Of a stretch of DNA of 64,000 nt, positions 23,340 through 37,905 are shown one piece after another. The notes under the pieces were generated by a model. It was not told the origin of the DNA. It was given only the letters and a program-made list of their open reading frames with translations, and did not search any database. The position numbers and the translations under genes are program-made. Source of the DNA: Octopus sinensis (taxonomy: Eukaryota); assembly GCF_006345805.1 (NCBI RefSeq), contig NC_042999.1, positions 120,280,001 through 120,344,000 on the forward strand, read 5' to 3'. How positions within the stretch are numbered: position 1 is the stretch's first letter; each line of letters begins with the position of its first letter.

Positions 23340-25114
23340 TTCTTGTTTTCATGCAGTGAGTGTAGTATCTAATGGAGCCTGTACTTTCTGGGCAGCAGTG
23401 GCGTCACTGAAATACACTATTTGGGCGTTTTCCAGATGAATAGCAAGCTGAGCAATGGCAGGATACCTTTCGTGTATTGGAAAACCGAAATTACGCCAAA
23501 ACGCTTCATTGCAGCTTATGTACGGTGCAGCCTAGTATTTCATTACTTCATCGTGATGACTGATGCCTTGGAGGCCAAACATTGTGGCATCGGACCCTTT
23601 GTTAACGTATTTACAGTAATATTTTATTGATTTGATGGAATTGAAAAATTCAACATTGATATGCGCTTTAAATATCTTTGAAAGAAGCGGACAGTAAGGT
23701 ACTATCCATCTATTGTCAACTTCGAATTTCCCTATGGTTAAGGTTAAGCCTCCGTTGCATGGCTTCCTCCGCCTATACAGTGAGTACCTGTCTTGAGCAT
23801 TTTGAGCCTGGGAATTTTGGAGGGGTAATTCTAAGAGGATACACTATTTATCAAGCAATATTTCCTTGCATAGACAGGCCCACAAGGGCCATGGACCATA
23901 TTAGACTTCGCTATGTCATGGAGTTCACTATCAACACCCAGATGAGGTATTTCAGCGGAAATTAGCCAGTCAATATCATTTGCATTTGTTTTCTAACTTA
24001 ACCACAGAAGTGTGTGTACGTGAGGCATGCCCCTCTTTTGCCACACAACAGTGAACATGAAGCCTTTAACATGGCTAAACATTTACCCATTGATGAGGAG
24101 GTCCTTGAATTTAAGTAGTTTAAGCCTAAAAACTCTCGCATTAACATCAGGCCTATCATGGGCTTCTTGACCGGGCAGAAGACTCACTTGTATTTCATTC
24201 CACCTGGCATTACAAGTGAAGGTAATGAAAAGGTCGGGCCCACCATGGTGCCGAATGTAAGTCATGGTGCCTTGCGTACGTTCGTGCTTATATCGAGGAC
24301 TACCAGTAAAGGAAGACGGAAGTATGCACAATTGGCCTATCTTTCCAGGGGCAACATCGTTATTGATGCTATCTCTAAGATGGATGTGCTTTTCAGCCTG
24401 TAGCTTAGCCTGATTGAACCGTATGTATTGTAAGAGCTGATCTTGACTCAATCTTAACAGCATTGTCTACGGCATGTTGTTGAAAAAAGGTCACGAGAAA
24501 GGTGTAGGTGATTCAAATTGCTGTCTCTAACCATGTGCCGATAGGTATAGTAAGCCATACACGTAACTGATTTACTGCCAACAGAACCTGTTTCTGATAG
24601 ATTTTGTTGGGGAATGTTTAAGTGAAAACCGTCTTCTCCTTGACTATGAAGTAGGGAATACTGAAGTGTGTCGTAGGACCTATGGGTTTCGCAAATTCGT
24701 TGGAGTGCATCGTCTCGGATGCGCAAGACTATGTCCCTATTTTGGTGTTGTTCACTTCGAATAAGCACCGCAACCTCATTATATGAGGGCTCGTTATAGC
24801 GGCGACCGTATTGCCCTGAAGGCCTATGGTCCGCATTGATAACTGACGCGAACGCTGTTCTTCATTCTCCGAAGAGTGTGAGTGGGCCGTTGAAGCAGCG
24901 TCGCGCGTGCGGTGGGCAGTCTGCTGTTCTTCATTGATTGTTGCAGAAGCAACTGCGGTTAAATTTTTGTAAACAGCATATTATGGCGAATCAACATGGG
25001 CAACACCGCGTGCACCTGCTAGGGATTGAGCTGGACCAGCTCTCTTTTTTTGTCTAGTCGTGTAGATCCGATCGTATGTAAATGGAAACAAAATAAATTA
25101 TATCTTTATATTGA
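23340..25114 (-). mobile_element. Decayed Helitron Rep region
   Basis: RRYNEPSYNEVAVL, RDIVLR...HRSYDTLQY, ILPSSFTGSPRY, PDLFITFTCN, WQKRGMPHVH (HUH motif), and SIKYYCKYVNKG (YxxKY-type motif). Confidence 0.88.
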
Positions 25115-26924
25115 TAGTCTGCAACAAAAAAGTTGAAAAAAGTTGTGATTGGTATAGAGTGAGTTACAGTTACTCCCGCCGTTCACCTGCACTTTGCTAC
25201 TCCTTCGAGTTTTTCAGAACTTCAGAAGATACGTACAGCCGGATCCAAACATACTTTTGGTATTTTTGTGTAAAGATCACCTGCAAAAGAAAAGTTAATC
25301 AATAAAAGTCACAATTAACCGGTATTGCATCATCAATTCTAGAGAAATTCGCTAAAATGTGCCATTTTCCTCTCTAAAAGGCAAACTATGGGTCCGCACT
25401 CCGTTTATCCGCAAGAGGGTGTTATTTTTGCCCCTAGTAACATCCGCTCACATACCCTCAAATACAGATACGCATATGAAATGGGAGTCATAGTTACTCC
25501 CGCCGTTCACCCGCGCCTAAATGTTATTCCACCCGCCGTTTCGAACATTTTTTCGAAATCAATTTATACTTAAAACCTCCCCAGACACAGGCAATGTGCG
25601 TGTGAAGTGTAAAAAAATCGGTCGAGCCGTTTTGGCGCGAAACGAGGACATACCGATACACACTTTCAGTTCTTAAAGAAACTATTCGTAATTATATTTC
25701 CCATAATAGCAATCAAAATATCCCGTACGTATCATAGCATGTATTAATTATTGATCGAATAAGACTTTTAACAGTTCGTCCGTTACAAATAATACCTTTA
25801 GTCAGTACACATATTTGAACAACCATCACATCCAGATGCTTAAACGATTGCGAACTTCTCCATCAGTTGCAGTGATTCAAGTTTTCACTTAAATATGCCG
25901 ACAATTTTCGGCAGAATTAACTCAGATGATAACCTTCTTATGAAAACTACCGTTTTCTTACTTTCTTATTCTGCGGCCTTTCGCATCCTCACCGTAAATT
26001 TGGACTACCGTCGGCCATTTTATTTTGTCATATCCTTTAACAGTTATAATTTAAAATAAGCTGAATTTGAATAAGCTGTTGCTGTTGATTATGAGAAGTT
26101 GGATTGTTTTAATCTATCCTTCCCAATGCATCACTTATTGAATTTCTAAAGTACTAGTAAAAGTGTTAGTATTAAATGCCTTTCTCTTCCAGCTTCTTCT
26201 TTCTTCCCCGCTTTGTTTCTCACCCTATTTTTTGCATTCTATTTTCACCAATAACTATCATCATTAATCTTAGCAGCTAAAACATTAAGACGTGTTTTTC
26301 ATATTGCTCTTTAAGGCCCTGAGGTCTGAACCATATGACGCAGCATGGAATAATAATATGGTCTAATTATTTTCGTACATGAACATTACAACATTTGGAT
26401 GTCTGCTCATGCCCGGTCCCGAGGTAAAAAGCTTTGATTTTAGACAGATTAAATCTTTCTTAGTATTTTATCAACAGACATACAATATAATATTGCAGAG
26501 AACTCACTAAAACAAAAAATATATAAGGTAATTTTAATTCCACAGAATTTAAATACAAAATCTGGTAAGAAGATATTGCAGCAAATTGCACGCATTTTAG
26601 AATGAGAAAATATTAATGTAATATTAATGTTTCCGTGGAAACTATAGATACTAAGAGTGATTCTGCTGTTGGACTTGTTCCAAAAAGATAAAGAAACAAT
26701 AAGCTGGAGAAAAAAATATATATAACGTAAGTAACACTGTTCCTTTTTTATCATAGAAATTTCGGTGGCTTGTTTGTAAGATAATGCACCTGATGAGTAC
26801 TGAGATTGATACAATGGACCATACACAGCTCACATAACTGATATTGTGCCAAATTATAAATTGTTAGTGGTGCTATTAACTATCATCCTCTTTATCATCA
26901 TTATTGCTGTTGTTGTTACCGTTA

Positions 26925-27195
26925 TTGTTGTTAGAACGCCGGACAAAATATTCTGGAACATTTCATTCGCATTTACGTTCTGAGTTCAGAAGATGACGTT
27001 CATCGAAGTCAACTTTGTTCTTCATCTTTTCAGTCGACAGATTAAGTACCAGTGGAGCACAGGGGTCGATGTAATCGACAAGCTCCTTGCCGCCAATCTC
27101 CAGGGTCGATAAAACAAGTACCAGTAGAGCACTTGAGGTTTATGTAATCGGCTATCCTTCTTCCCAAGAATTACAGGCCTTGTGCCGATAATAGA
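26925..27195 (+). mobile_element. SINE family B with duplicated tail
   Basis: gttctgagttcag...gtaccagt(g/a)gagcac...gatgtaatcg occurs twice. Confidence 0.7.
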
Positions 27196-28789
27196 AAGGA
27201 TTATTATCATCATTATTTTTATGCGCCATGAAGTTCATGCTACTTTATCTAAGTAGGGATAGTATTCTGAGGTTTGGTGAGAAATTTAAAATCATAAGTT
27301 TCTTTTTTAGGGCAGCATTTACCAGCAAATTCACATTAGATGGCTTATTCCCAGTTATCATTTTATCTCTAAGGCAGCTAGTAGCCATTGTGCCAATTGC
27401 GCCATCTACACGAAGGAAAACATTTTGATCATTGAGTTTTACCATCACGTCATCTATCCGGCTTGGTCACAATATTTCTCAATGTTCCAAGGTTTTTGAT
27501 ATCCAGTTTACTATAATATGGATTTACAATATCAATGCTATTGCAATGCCTTCTGTTTCTCATTCTCTTCTCCAGAAACATGGCTGATCACATCCCTTCA
27601 ATACATTGATTATTTCTATATAGAAACCCCATAAATCCCTCTAATTGTCACCATGACACTCCCTCACTTATGTTGAAACCACTCCAACATTTACGTCTTC
27701 TCATTTTCGCTCTACACTTAATATCATTCTATTGGTATACACTAGATCATCAGTTCCTCTTCGGTTTTTGTACTCTATTTACTCTTCAGAAAACAATTTA
27801 CATTTTCTAGAATGATATATTATTTATTTGCTGCAAGACAAGCTAACGATTTCCAGACCAGTGGTTAAGCATTGAATTAGCTTATTATTAATGACTACCG
27901 CTCACTCCTATCTCACACTCTATATTAACAATTCTTATTCTTGTGTGTTCCATTTTCTATAAAATCAATAAGAAGTAGTTGTATAAACTAGAACCCTCTA
28001 CAAAGCGTTCTGTTTCTATAAAGTTCTGAGCATCTCCTTTATACCCGTTCGTGTACTACTTATATTCACAAATCTCGAACTATTTTATATTTCACTTTTC
28101 ATTCGTCGTAAGCATGCTTCACTGTGGTTTTGAAACTCCATGCATCAAATAAATCACCAAAATTTCCTTGTAATGCCAAAATCTGCTAAATCTCTCTTCC
28201 AATGTTCATTATCATTGCTCATGTTTCGGTTATTGTTTTCTTTTCTTTTATTAAGGGACCCCATTGCTGATATCCATTTATTCTTTATTAGTAGCAACCA
28301 CATGTCTACTATTTTTACCCGTTTGTCTTACTTTGGGAGCTTTTCTCCATTACTTAGCAGATTGTAACCCTCTATGGCTGTTGTCATGCTTTTGTTGCAG
28401 CCGTAATATCATTCTGTCATCGCATTCTTTTAATTATAGCACCTATCCATTTATCCTTCCAATATCATTATTGACGTGTTCAACTAGGCTTTTAAAACAC
28501 TTTTTCCATTATCAAATTTAACCTTTTATCGAATGTTCCATCAACAACAGGAAAAAAAAACTGACGTCAATGATCACATACTATTTCTCATTTTCATTCC
28601 CTATACCATATGTTGCTTTCTCCTTCACTTTTCGATACTTTCTTATCACCAGGACATTCAATAGCTATGATTAGACAGATTTGTTTTCCTCTTTATTCAC
28701 AACTAAATCCGACTTTCGATGTTCAATTCCATTATTGGGTCTTTTTTGTCTTTGTGCACTCATTCACAATATGCCATGTAGTTTCATTT

Positions 28790-28879
28790 ATACTACCACC
28801 ACTACAACCACCGACACCACCAACACCACCTCTATCACCACCACCACAATCACCACTAATGCTGCTACTACTACTACTA

Positions 28880-28915
<36 letters not shown>

Positions 28916-29009
28916 ATAATAATAATAATAATAATAATAATATTATCGTCGTCATCATCATCATCATCATCAACATCATCATCATCACCATCATCCTCAT
29001 CATCATCAA

Positions 29010-29100
<91 letters not shown>
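28790..29100. repeat. Compound (ACC)/(ACT)/(AAT)/(ATC)/(ATT) microsatellite
   Basis: Direct. Confidence 0.95.
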
Positions 29101-30549
29101 TTACTTCTCAGGACATTCGGTCTTGTTTGTTCTGGTAGACTCCGTGAGAGCGGATAGCAGCCTCCCGTCAGAGGTCTCACAGGGTCTCTTACTGCAAATT
29201 ATAAACTTTAATACTTGGTTGTTAATTATTGTGGTAGGCATTCAACATCTAAGTACCAATCTCAAACTCCTAACTGTCCCCAGCGGAGCATTTGTGGGGT
29301 GGGGCTTGCTCTGCTCTCATATCAATACCGATTTCTTTGACAGATTTCTCGAACTTAGTTGTTGGTGCTCCGAATGCCCCTACAACAACTGGAATGACAG
29401 ACACTCTCCTCATAGTCCACCTTCTCACAATTTCGTCTGTTGGTAGTCTACACTTATCAATTTTTATAGCCCTTTGTCACTTATGCGTGCATTTCAAAGT
29501 AATGCAATACTTACGATCATGGTTTCCTTTTTTACTTTATCTACCACAACAATATCTGGTATCCAAGCCTAGGGAACACATTGGATTGTAAAATCCCAGA
29601 GTATCTTATGTTCCTTGTTCTCGTTGACTACTTCTGGTTCATGTTCGTACTCTTTCCGTGCTCTGTTCAGGTCATACGTTTCACAGAGATCCAGTGGACG
29701 ACCTTGGCTACGTTATCATGCCTGTCTTTGTAGTGCTTTTGGCCCAGCTTGCTACACACACTCACAATATCTGAGTTTGTTTCATTTCTGCTGCCACACA
29801 TCCTATAAAGGTGCGATTCATTACTTGTTACCTATATGGAACATGATGTAATTAGTTCTCAGAGCTTGTTTCTGAGCGCTGCATATCAATGCCTCAGTGC
29901 ATCCTTTTTCGTAGCCATCTCCAAGTGTTGATCTTGTCTTTTCCATTGATTTCTCAGAGGTATTGTGCATGCAATGGTTTCATTTTCCAGCTTTTTACTC
30001 TTTCTTCTTAATTTGTTTCTTAAATGTTTGTGAGTGCATCGCATTTTTGGTAGGTATTATATTGTTAATTCTAAGAGCGGCAAGCAAGGATTCACTCTGC
30101 TGTTTGATTAACCAACCAAGACTGTTCTTCTCGTTGACAACACTGATTTTGCATCCCATGAGATCTATTTCACTCCTGTTTCTAGGCACATACAGTCTGT
30201 CAGTATCGCTTTTGAGGAGTAGCACCTTGTTAATTGTCATCACTTTTCTAGCTTTCCTATCCATTTCCTCAAGCTCGTTCTTTGTCCACCTCACAATACC
30301 TGCGTAGTCTCACGTTACAGAAACAGCACATGTGTTCATTGCCCGAATTTTGTTTTTTTCATTGAGTCAACTTCCCACAATTAATTTGGTTCTTCTGAGA
30401 TATTCTCGTTTCGAGCATTCCTTCATATCATTTTCTTTGTTGTTGTCGTATTCTAAAATCCCCAGAATATTTATATCCATTTGTCTCAATATCCTTCATT
30501 TTCTCGCCGTTGTGTAGCTCTAAACCAACAGAAGACACTACTTGACATT

Positions 30550-30550
<1 letters not shown>
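29100..30550 (-). mobile_element. 5'-truncated, decayed R4/Dong-like RLE LINE flanked by trinucleotide tracts
   Basis: GYKY-GILE, WTKNELEEMDRKARKVMT, DTDRLYVPR, VIPVVVGAFG; 3' end abuts the (ATT)n tract. Confidence 0.8.
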
Positions 30551-30840
<290 letters not shown>

Positions 30841-31528
30841 ATGTCGACTAACAGACTTTCCTCTTCTTTGTTGATCTGGGTAACAATATCTGGGCAATAA
30901 AATACGATCTTTATATCTATGAATACGGTTGCTTTTTCATATCCTCAAAAATGGTTTGGGGATATGTCTATACCATCTATTTTCTGATGGCATTTCACAA
31001 TGTTTGTACAGTTGGCGGTATATGTAAGTCCCAATTATGTGTGGATATATCATTTCTTGATTATGACTGGGCAGCGACAGATAATATATTTGATTGTTTC
31101 TTCCCATTAATAAAATATTCTGATTCTAACTGTATTCTGCATTCTGCTTCATCGTGTGTTCGTCGGATGTTTTTATGTGAAGGCTTTCATTTTGTGTCGA
31201 AATTGCGAACCCACCAGTCTCTACTCGAAATCCTCCTATAAATGGTTTTCTTACCATCACTTGATCATGATATTCTTTACACGCAGTTTTAACATAGAAT
31301 TTGCTTGGACTACAGTTACTGTTTTTCTTCTTTTTCTTCATAACAATTAGTTGTTTTGACTAGTACATTGTATTTTGCGGCTTCCCTGACAAAAGAGAAC
31401 TTTTTGAATGTTCATTTAGGTATCAGTTTCTCTTGATTCAGATTTAGATATTTTTGCACTCTTGTATTTTATAGTACTTCTCTAGTTCCACAATAATGAT
31501 ACAAACTCTCAACGTTTTCAACTTCGTA

Positions 31529-31604
<76 letters not shown>

Positions 31605-32399
31605 CATACATACATACATACATACATACATACATACATACATACATACATACATACATACATACATACATGTGTGTGAGGGTGTGTGGATGTGTGAGCA
31701 TGTATGTCATTATGTATGTATCTATGTATATATGTATGTATGGTTTTTCTGTCAGATTTTGAGCTCTGTATTCTATTTCCGGCAAAGTCTTGCTAGTTTA
31801 TGTTGGGGCCAATTCAGTATATTACAACTGTAACTTATAACAAAGAAAACTTGAGTGTTGTTAGATATTATTTAAGTTTTCGCTTTTAGCACTATTTAAG
31901 GAGTAAACGGAATTTCTATGGTATTCATTCCTTATCTTTTTTTCATTCGTGCCTATTCTATCTAGCACACCAAACTTATTGATTCATAAGTAGTTGCGTT
32001 TCTCGAATTGGTTTCTTGATATGGTTGAGTATACTTGTTATTACGTAGTTTTCCACTCTTGAATGTTGCTTTAACACATCATTCTAAGACGAATTTCATA
32101 TTGTTTCCTTCGGTAAGTCTGTTGCCTTTCTAACTGTTTATCACTGGCAGCAAGGGACGGTTGATTATTTTACAATTTTAGTTTTATCTAAATCAGTTCT
32201 GTTTAACGTATCGGTTTAAGGTGTTAACGCTACATATAAAAGAAGTCTATTTGGAATAGTTCTTTTTAATGGGGATAGGTTAAGCTTTTCTACTTCTTAC
32301 TTTTGTTTGTAGCTGCAGAACCGTTTATCATTTAGTCATGATAGGTTTCATGTATGTATTTTTATTGCCTGTGCTACCGCACTCATAGTTAATATTTCC

Positions 32400-33012
32400 A
32401 GAACCAAGATATGAAGAATATTGTCAAAATAACGTACAGTAATCAATACTTGCTATGCTCAAACACTTTCTTTTTTCCTGTCGGTAGTCATCATTTATGA
32501 TTTTGTTGATCAATAATCGATCTTTACAGTCATATGAGCCTTTGCAACATCCCTTCTGTCCTGCTAGAAAAGAGTTTCTGTTTTTATAGTTTTGGGCGTG
32601 TGTAGATTCTGTGAATTTGAAAATGAAGACGGTTTTCCCGTCCCTGAACCATGAAGTATTGTCTCTGGCTCAGTCAGTTTCGAATGAAACTCCTCTGCTT
32701 CTATTTTATAGGTCCATCTTAGATATTTTTAGAAAAACTTGGGCATCTTGTCGTGCTTTCGTGCCTTTTTCTTGCGTCATTTTTTGAAGTACGTACCTTA
32801 TTTCTTTGCTGGTAATGGTATCCTATGTTGTTAAGGCACAGTGTTTGTTATTTTGTGAAATATTTTTTCACCTTGATTTCTTCAAAACCAAAAATATCTT
32901 CTACGTATATTGCTGCTGGTTCTGTATTGAGTGTTTTTTGATTGGAATCAAAGAATCGTTGGCGTTTTCCATACCGTCGAAATTTTGTGATTTAGCAAGG
33001 ATATTTCGTGCA

Positions 33013-33069
<57 letters not shown>

Positions 33070-33180
33070 CATCATCATTATTATTATTATGGCCGCCATA
33101 ATGTGAAGTCACGGAAAGTAGGTGCTCCGTTAGTTGAAAAGGTATTTTAGAAATTTTTCAGCCGTCTTTTAATTTCTGCT
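32400..33180 (-). mobile_element. R4/Dong-like LINE RT fragment
   Basis: QKGCCKGSYDCKDRLLINK and WYCQGRT-like RT motifs; interrupted by (ATT)n. Confidence 0.65.
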
Positions 33181-33689
33181 GTTAACAGTGCATGCATCTT
33201 TGAGATTGTCTGGCCTGCGCAGATAGTACTTTACTTTTGTGTAAAATCACCCCCTGTTTTGCAAGGGGTGCACTTCAATAAGTTTTAGATTTTAACTGCT
33301 TTCGGCAAAAACAAATATTTTGCAATTTTCTCTAATTATTTAAAGATGGCTGATAAAGAAGCCGTCATAATGTTCGACAAAGGTACGCGCTCCTTGTCGA
33401 GAAATATTGAGAACGAAGAAAGAACTTAGAATATAAATCTCGAATGGCCTAAACTTAATGATGTTACCGAGGCGAAAAATGTTTCGTCTCTAAGCAACGT
33501 CAAAACTTTCGATGTCGACAATGAGAACAACTGCAACATCATCATCAGCAGTGACAATGACAACAATAAAAACAACAACAATAATAATAACAGCAGCAAC
33601 AACAATAAGAAAGAAATGAAGCAAAAAACACAAATATTGACTCTGCGTCTTTTGCGTCAACGGCGAGAAATATGGAAGGTTTCCACATA

Positions 33690-35390
33690 GATGAAAAAAA
33701 GAGATGGGTGAAGGGCAGCTCTAAACATTCCATCCGAAGTGGTAGAAAATATTGCAAGATGCACGGTAACCTACATTGGAGTCAAGGATCGGTGGGTGGA
33801 ACATGCTGCTGAGAGCGAAGTACAAAAATGCCCTGTACGCATGTGTGAGAAAAAGACCCACATCATCCGAGGAATGAGGTTTGGAACAATTGAGGTGAGA
33901 TTTGGGACGGAAGAAGCTAAGTGTAATTCCACAACCACTTTCAGGAATGACAACTTTTTCTGAATCCCCAGCTATCGCGGCCAACGCCTTGCCAAGATGA
34001 GGGTGTTGAATATGCTGCTATAAATATTCATTACCTGATGAGTAGCGGCCGTCTTGGCAGGTTTAGAAGAAGATGAAGTCATAATATTAGAGGTCAGGAA
34101 ACTACCTAAGCAAAACTGTTTAGGTATAGGTAATAAATTAACCTTGCAATGCAAGCAAGACCATATCGAGCAACTTCCTGATTTAATCGGTCTCCTTGAT
34201 TATAATCGCCTGTCAGTGTTCGTGGAGGGTAGAATGCCAAGATGCTACAAATGTGGATCTGTAAATCACTTAAAGGTTTGATGCCCCGAAACAACGAAGA
34301 TAAAGTCCTACTGCTGCCAGCATTATAAATGCAAGTGCAAAATCCTAAAGAAGCGCTCAAGACTCCTACACCTACTCCCACACCCACACTCACACCCACT
34401 CCCAAACCAAGACAAACAAGGAGTCTACCCCCTGTTGCCAGGGAAAATCAAGTTTTCCCTGAATGCTGTTCCTCCCAAACCAACATCAACTGCAATGGCA
34501 TGGAGAAGGAAGAACTGGACGTTCAATAAATCACAGTGACAAAAAAGGGTAGGTGAAGAGGAGGAGGGTACATAGCCCTACAAAAAGAAATCAGCAAAAA
34601 TTCATTCTGAAACCACAGCTGCTACACAATTCACAACCACTCCAACAAAAACAACAGGAATACGATCACCGAGAATACGATGGTAGGGAAGTGGTCCTGA
34701 ACGTGACTGGTAGCGAAGGCGGCGCCTTTGGATTGGTGGCGGTTTATGCCACAACAAGGGCTGAAAGGCCAGATTCCTTCAGGCGTCTAGAAATATTCTT
34801 GGGAATGTCTCGCACTTAAGTACTAGTGGGGGACCGAAATAGTATTTTGGACGCACGGAAAGACAATGTGGGTTCAGTACACAATAGAAGGTTGTGTAAA
34901 AAATTTGAAAGCCTGGTCATGATTTACCAGCTTTCTGACAGGTACGACTGGATTTCCCTGATGTGCCAGTGTGGATATGAAGCAACCACAGCGGGTCATC
35001 TAGATCGTATTTGTTAGATCAGAGGATAGGGATAGCATAGGTTATCCACAATTTTAATTGGTCGGCTAGACATATCACACATTTGTGATATGCTCAGTCG
35101 ATTTAGATTGGACTCGTAGACAGGGACCCAGTAAATGGGAAGTTGAATGTGTCCTTACCGGCTCGTAATGACTACAAGAACCGGATTAGCGAGATAGTTA
35201 AGCGGTAGTTGACGGGGGCTATCGCCAACAACGGGTGGTGGATCACTCTGTAGAGAGCGATTAGAGTAGAATCGATAGCATTTAGCAAGATTTAGCAATA
35301 GAAAGAAATAGAGAGAGAACTAGTTAGCAAACCAGAAAAGGCTATTAGCAAAGACATCGCGACCGACGTGTTAGCAGTGAGAATGGCCCT
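33690..35390 (+). mobile_element. Decayed Tx1/L1-like LINE: ORF1 zinc knuckle plus APE endonuclease remnant
   Basis: VFVEGRMPRCYKCGSVNHLKV*CP (CX2CX4HX4C) followed by LVAVYA and VLVGDRNSILD (GDFN-like). Confidence 0.7.
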
Positions 35391-37639
35391 TGACTTATAA
35401 AAACTTTCAGTATTCACCTGGACCGCATAGCTGTCCTTGAAAATGTTTAATCTTTTCTCGAACCACCTTAACGGTGTTGCTTTGGCTTGGATAATTTGCT
35501 TGGTTTTTTTTAACTTCTACGATTTCGTTTATTCGTTTAATATCAGATTTTCGTTTCGCTTTTGGTATCTTAACATCTTTTTTGCTTTTAATATTTTTGA
35601 GTATTTCAATATCTGATTCGAGTAAACTACTTTTTTTCTAATTTTCCTTTGTCATGCTGTATTCCTGTTTATACGCAGAGTCATTTTTGTTACTTGAATA
35701 TCACACAGTGTAGTGGTTATTAAAGCAGCAGCTTAAAGTATGACAGATGTACATTTTCAGTTAAGATGTATAATATAACTCCGATTTCCTTATCTATTAA
35801 TCTCTCATTTTGTTTTGGAACATGTTTCCGTGTTTTTGACTTCAGACTCTGTAACAGAGATTTTGATTTTAGATTGTCAGGTTTTGTGTTTGTGTTTCCA
35901 CTTTCTACCGTAATCACTCTCTATTTCATCAACGCGTGCGGCAATTTCGTCGAGCTCCTCTCTTTGGGTATTTCTCTTTCTAAGCTCTACATTCCAGTAG
36001 AGAGATGCTTTGCATCATTATTTACATCTTCATTTCTATGACTATCGGTATGCATATATAATTGAATTTGTTGGATACCCAGTCAGTCAACAGCATTTTC
36101 TTTATAATGCTTCAGCGAATATTAAATAATTTATTATCATTCATATTTGGTCTATTGGTAGATATTTTCGTACACCTGTTTCATTATGTTTGTTCCGTAT
36201 TCGATCTCACTGAGTGGGGAAGATATTTCGCAGTTATCCGTTCTGGTTTTCTTCTTTAACCCATTCTTGTCTCTTTTTTTAGCTGTACCAGATGAAGAAG
36301 GCGTGCAAGACGTGAGCCATTGTTTAGAGTTATCTAGTTTTAAGTTATCTCTTTCATGCTTGTGTTTTGAGAAGGAACCAGACCATCAGCAGACCTTTCA
36401 ACCTTAGATTGGTGTGACGCTGTGTGTCATAATCCCTTTCTTCTTCCGAGTATCGATTGATTGGTGGTCTATTTTCTTTATTAAGTATTTCAGATAAACT
36501 TATGTGTTGTCCTTATCACCAAAGCGGTACTTTTATAGAGATTCCATACATGAGTTTCATGTTAGGCAGGGAAACATGTCCTATATTTCCTCAATCCCAT
36601 ATTACTATCATTGTTATTTTTTAAAAACTTCTCATTGCGTGGTAATATTTCATAACATTCTAGCATTATACAGCATTGCGTGATTCAGTTACTTGAAGTG
36701 TTTTTGTTTGATTTTTGTAATGTCATTTATAAACATGTGAATGCTTATTCATGAAGTTAATGCCATTTGCGCTCGTTTATATATGTAGATATAGGCGAGT
36801 GGTATAAATAATGGCTCTTTATGTAGAGCCGATATTTATGCAGGGCCGATATTAAATGTTAATAGATACAATTCCTATGCATTGTGTTCGAGGTAGTCAT
36901 AAGTAAAGAAGTTATGAGGAGACAGAGGCAGGAAGAAAAAGATTGACTGGCAAACACACAAATAAGTATCATTAGTCTATGTATAGATTCAATAGAAGTT
37001 AACAGGAAAAGAGAAGTAAAAAGTGTTGTTTGCTCTTTGATAGGACTAGCATAGTTGGTGCTAGTACGATCAGTACGGTCAGCAAATGTCAAAATATGTA
37101 AGTTGCTACTATTTGCAATTACGAGACTGTTGGCAGAGTTTGAGAAGTACTGACTAATTTCTTCTGAAAAATAAATATACACACTGTTGCTTATTATAAC
37201 ATCAAATGCAGTTTCGTAGTGATATGAATTCTTGTAGCGGTGCTGTTAAACAGTGTTATTTGTATAAAGAATCGGATGCGCTTGACAGCTTTCGGAATTC
37301 TGTAGTTTGTAAATTTTTCAACTGTTCACCTTTGTTAAAATATCGGCTGCACTTCGCAATTTTGTAGTTGTGTACTTTGTAAATATATCAGCTGCTTATA
37401 TTCAGCATGTGTTATCAATATTAGATAGTGTTCTGAGTTCTGAATTTTGGAAGTGTTCAAATTTATCTTGGATATGAAAGAAAAATGTAAGCGTGTTGGA
37501 ACGGCTAGGAGAAATTATAAACTCACACTGAGTCACTGATTTTGAATTTACTTAAAATGGTGTGTAAGCTAGATAACCGGTAGTCTTTAAGAGTGTTTTG
37601 GGATAAAATTGGGCAAATGTTAACATATACGAATTATCG

Positions 37640-37835
37640 AAGCTGGCAGAAATGTTAGCAAGCCAGGCAGAATACTCAGTGACATTTTGTCCGTCTATAC
37701 GTTCTGACTTTAAATTCCCCTGAGATCGACTTTGCCATTCATTGTTTCGGAGACTATAAAATAAATACCAGCTGAGTAGTGAAGTCTATCTAATTGACTA
37801 GTCCTCTAACTCGAATTGTCAAGCCTTGAGCCTAT
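37640..37835 (+). mobile_element. SINE family B
   Basis: Homologous to 22815-22985. Confidence 0.7.
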
Positions 37836-37846
37836 TATAGAAAGGA

Positions 37847-37904
<58 letters not shown>

Positions 37905-37905
<1 letters not shown>

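Noticed and set aside
14480-27720. Isolated AG...GT segments (e.g. ~15950-15982, ~21505-21580, ~27320-27400) as exons
   Set aside because: They are short, form no coherent phase-linked chain and give no recognisable protein; such matches are expected by chance.
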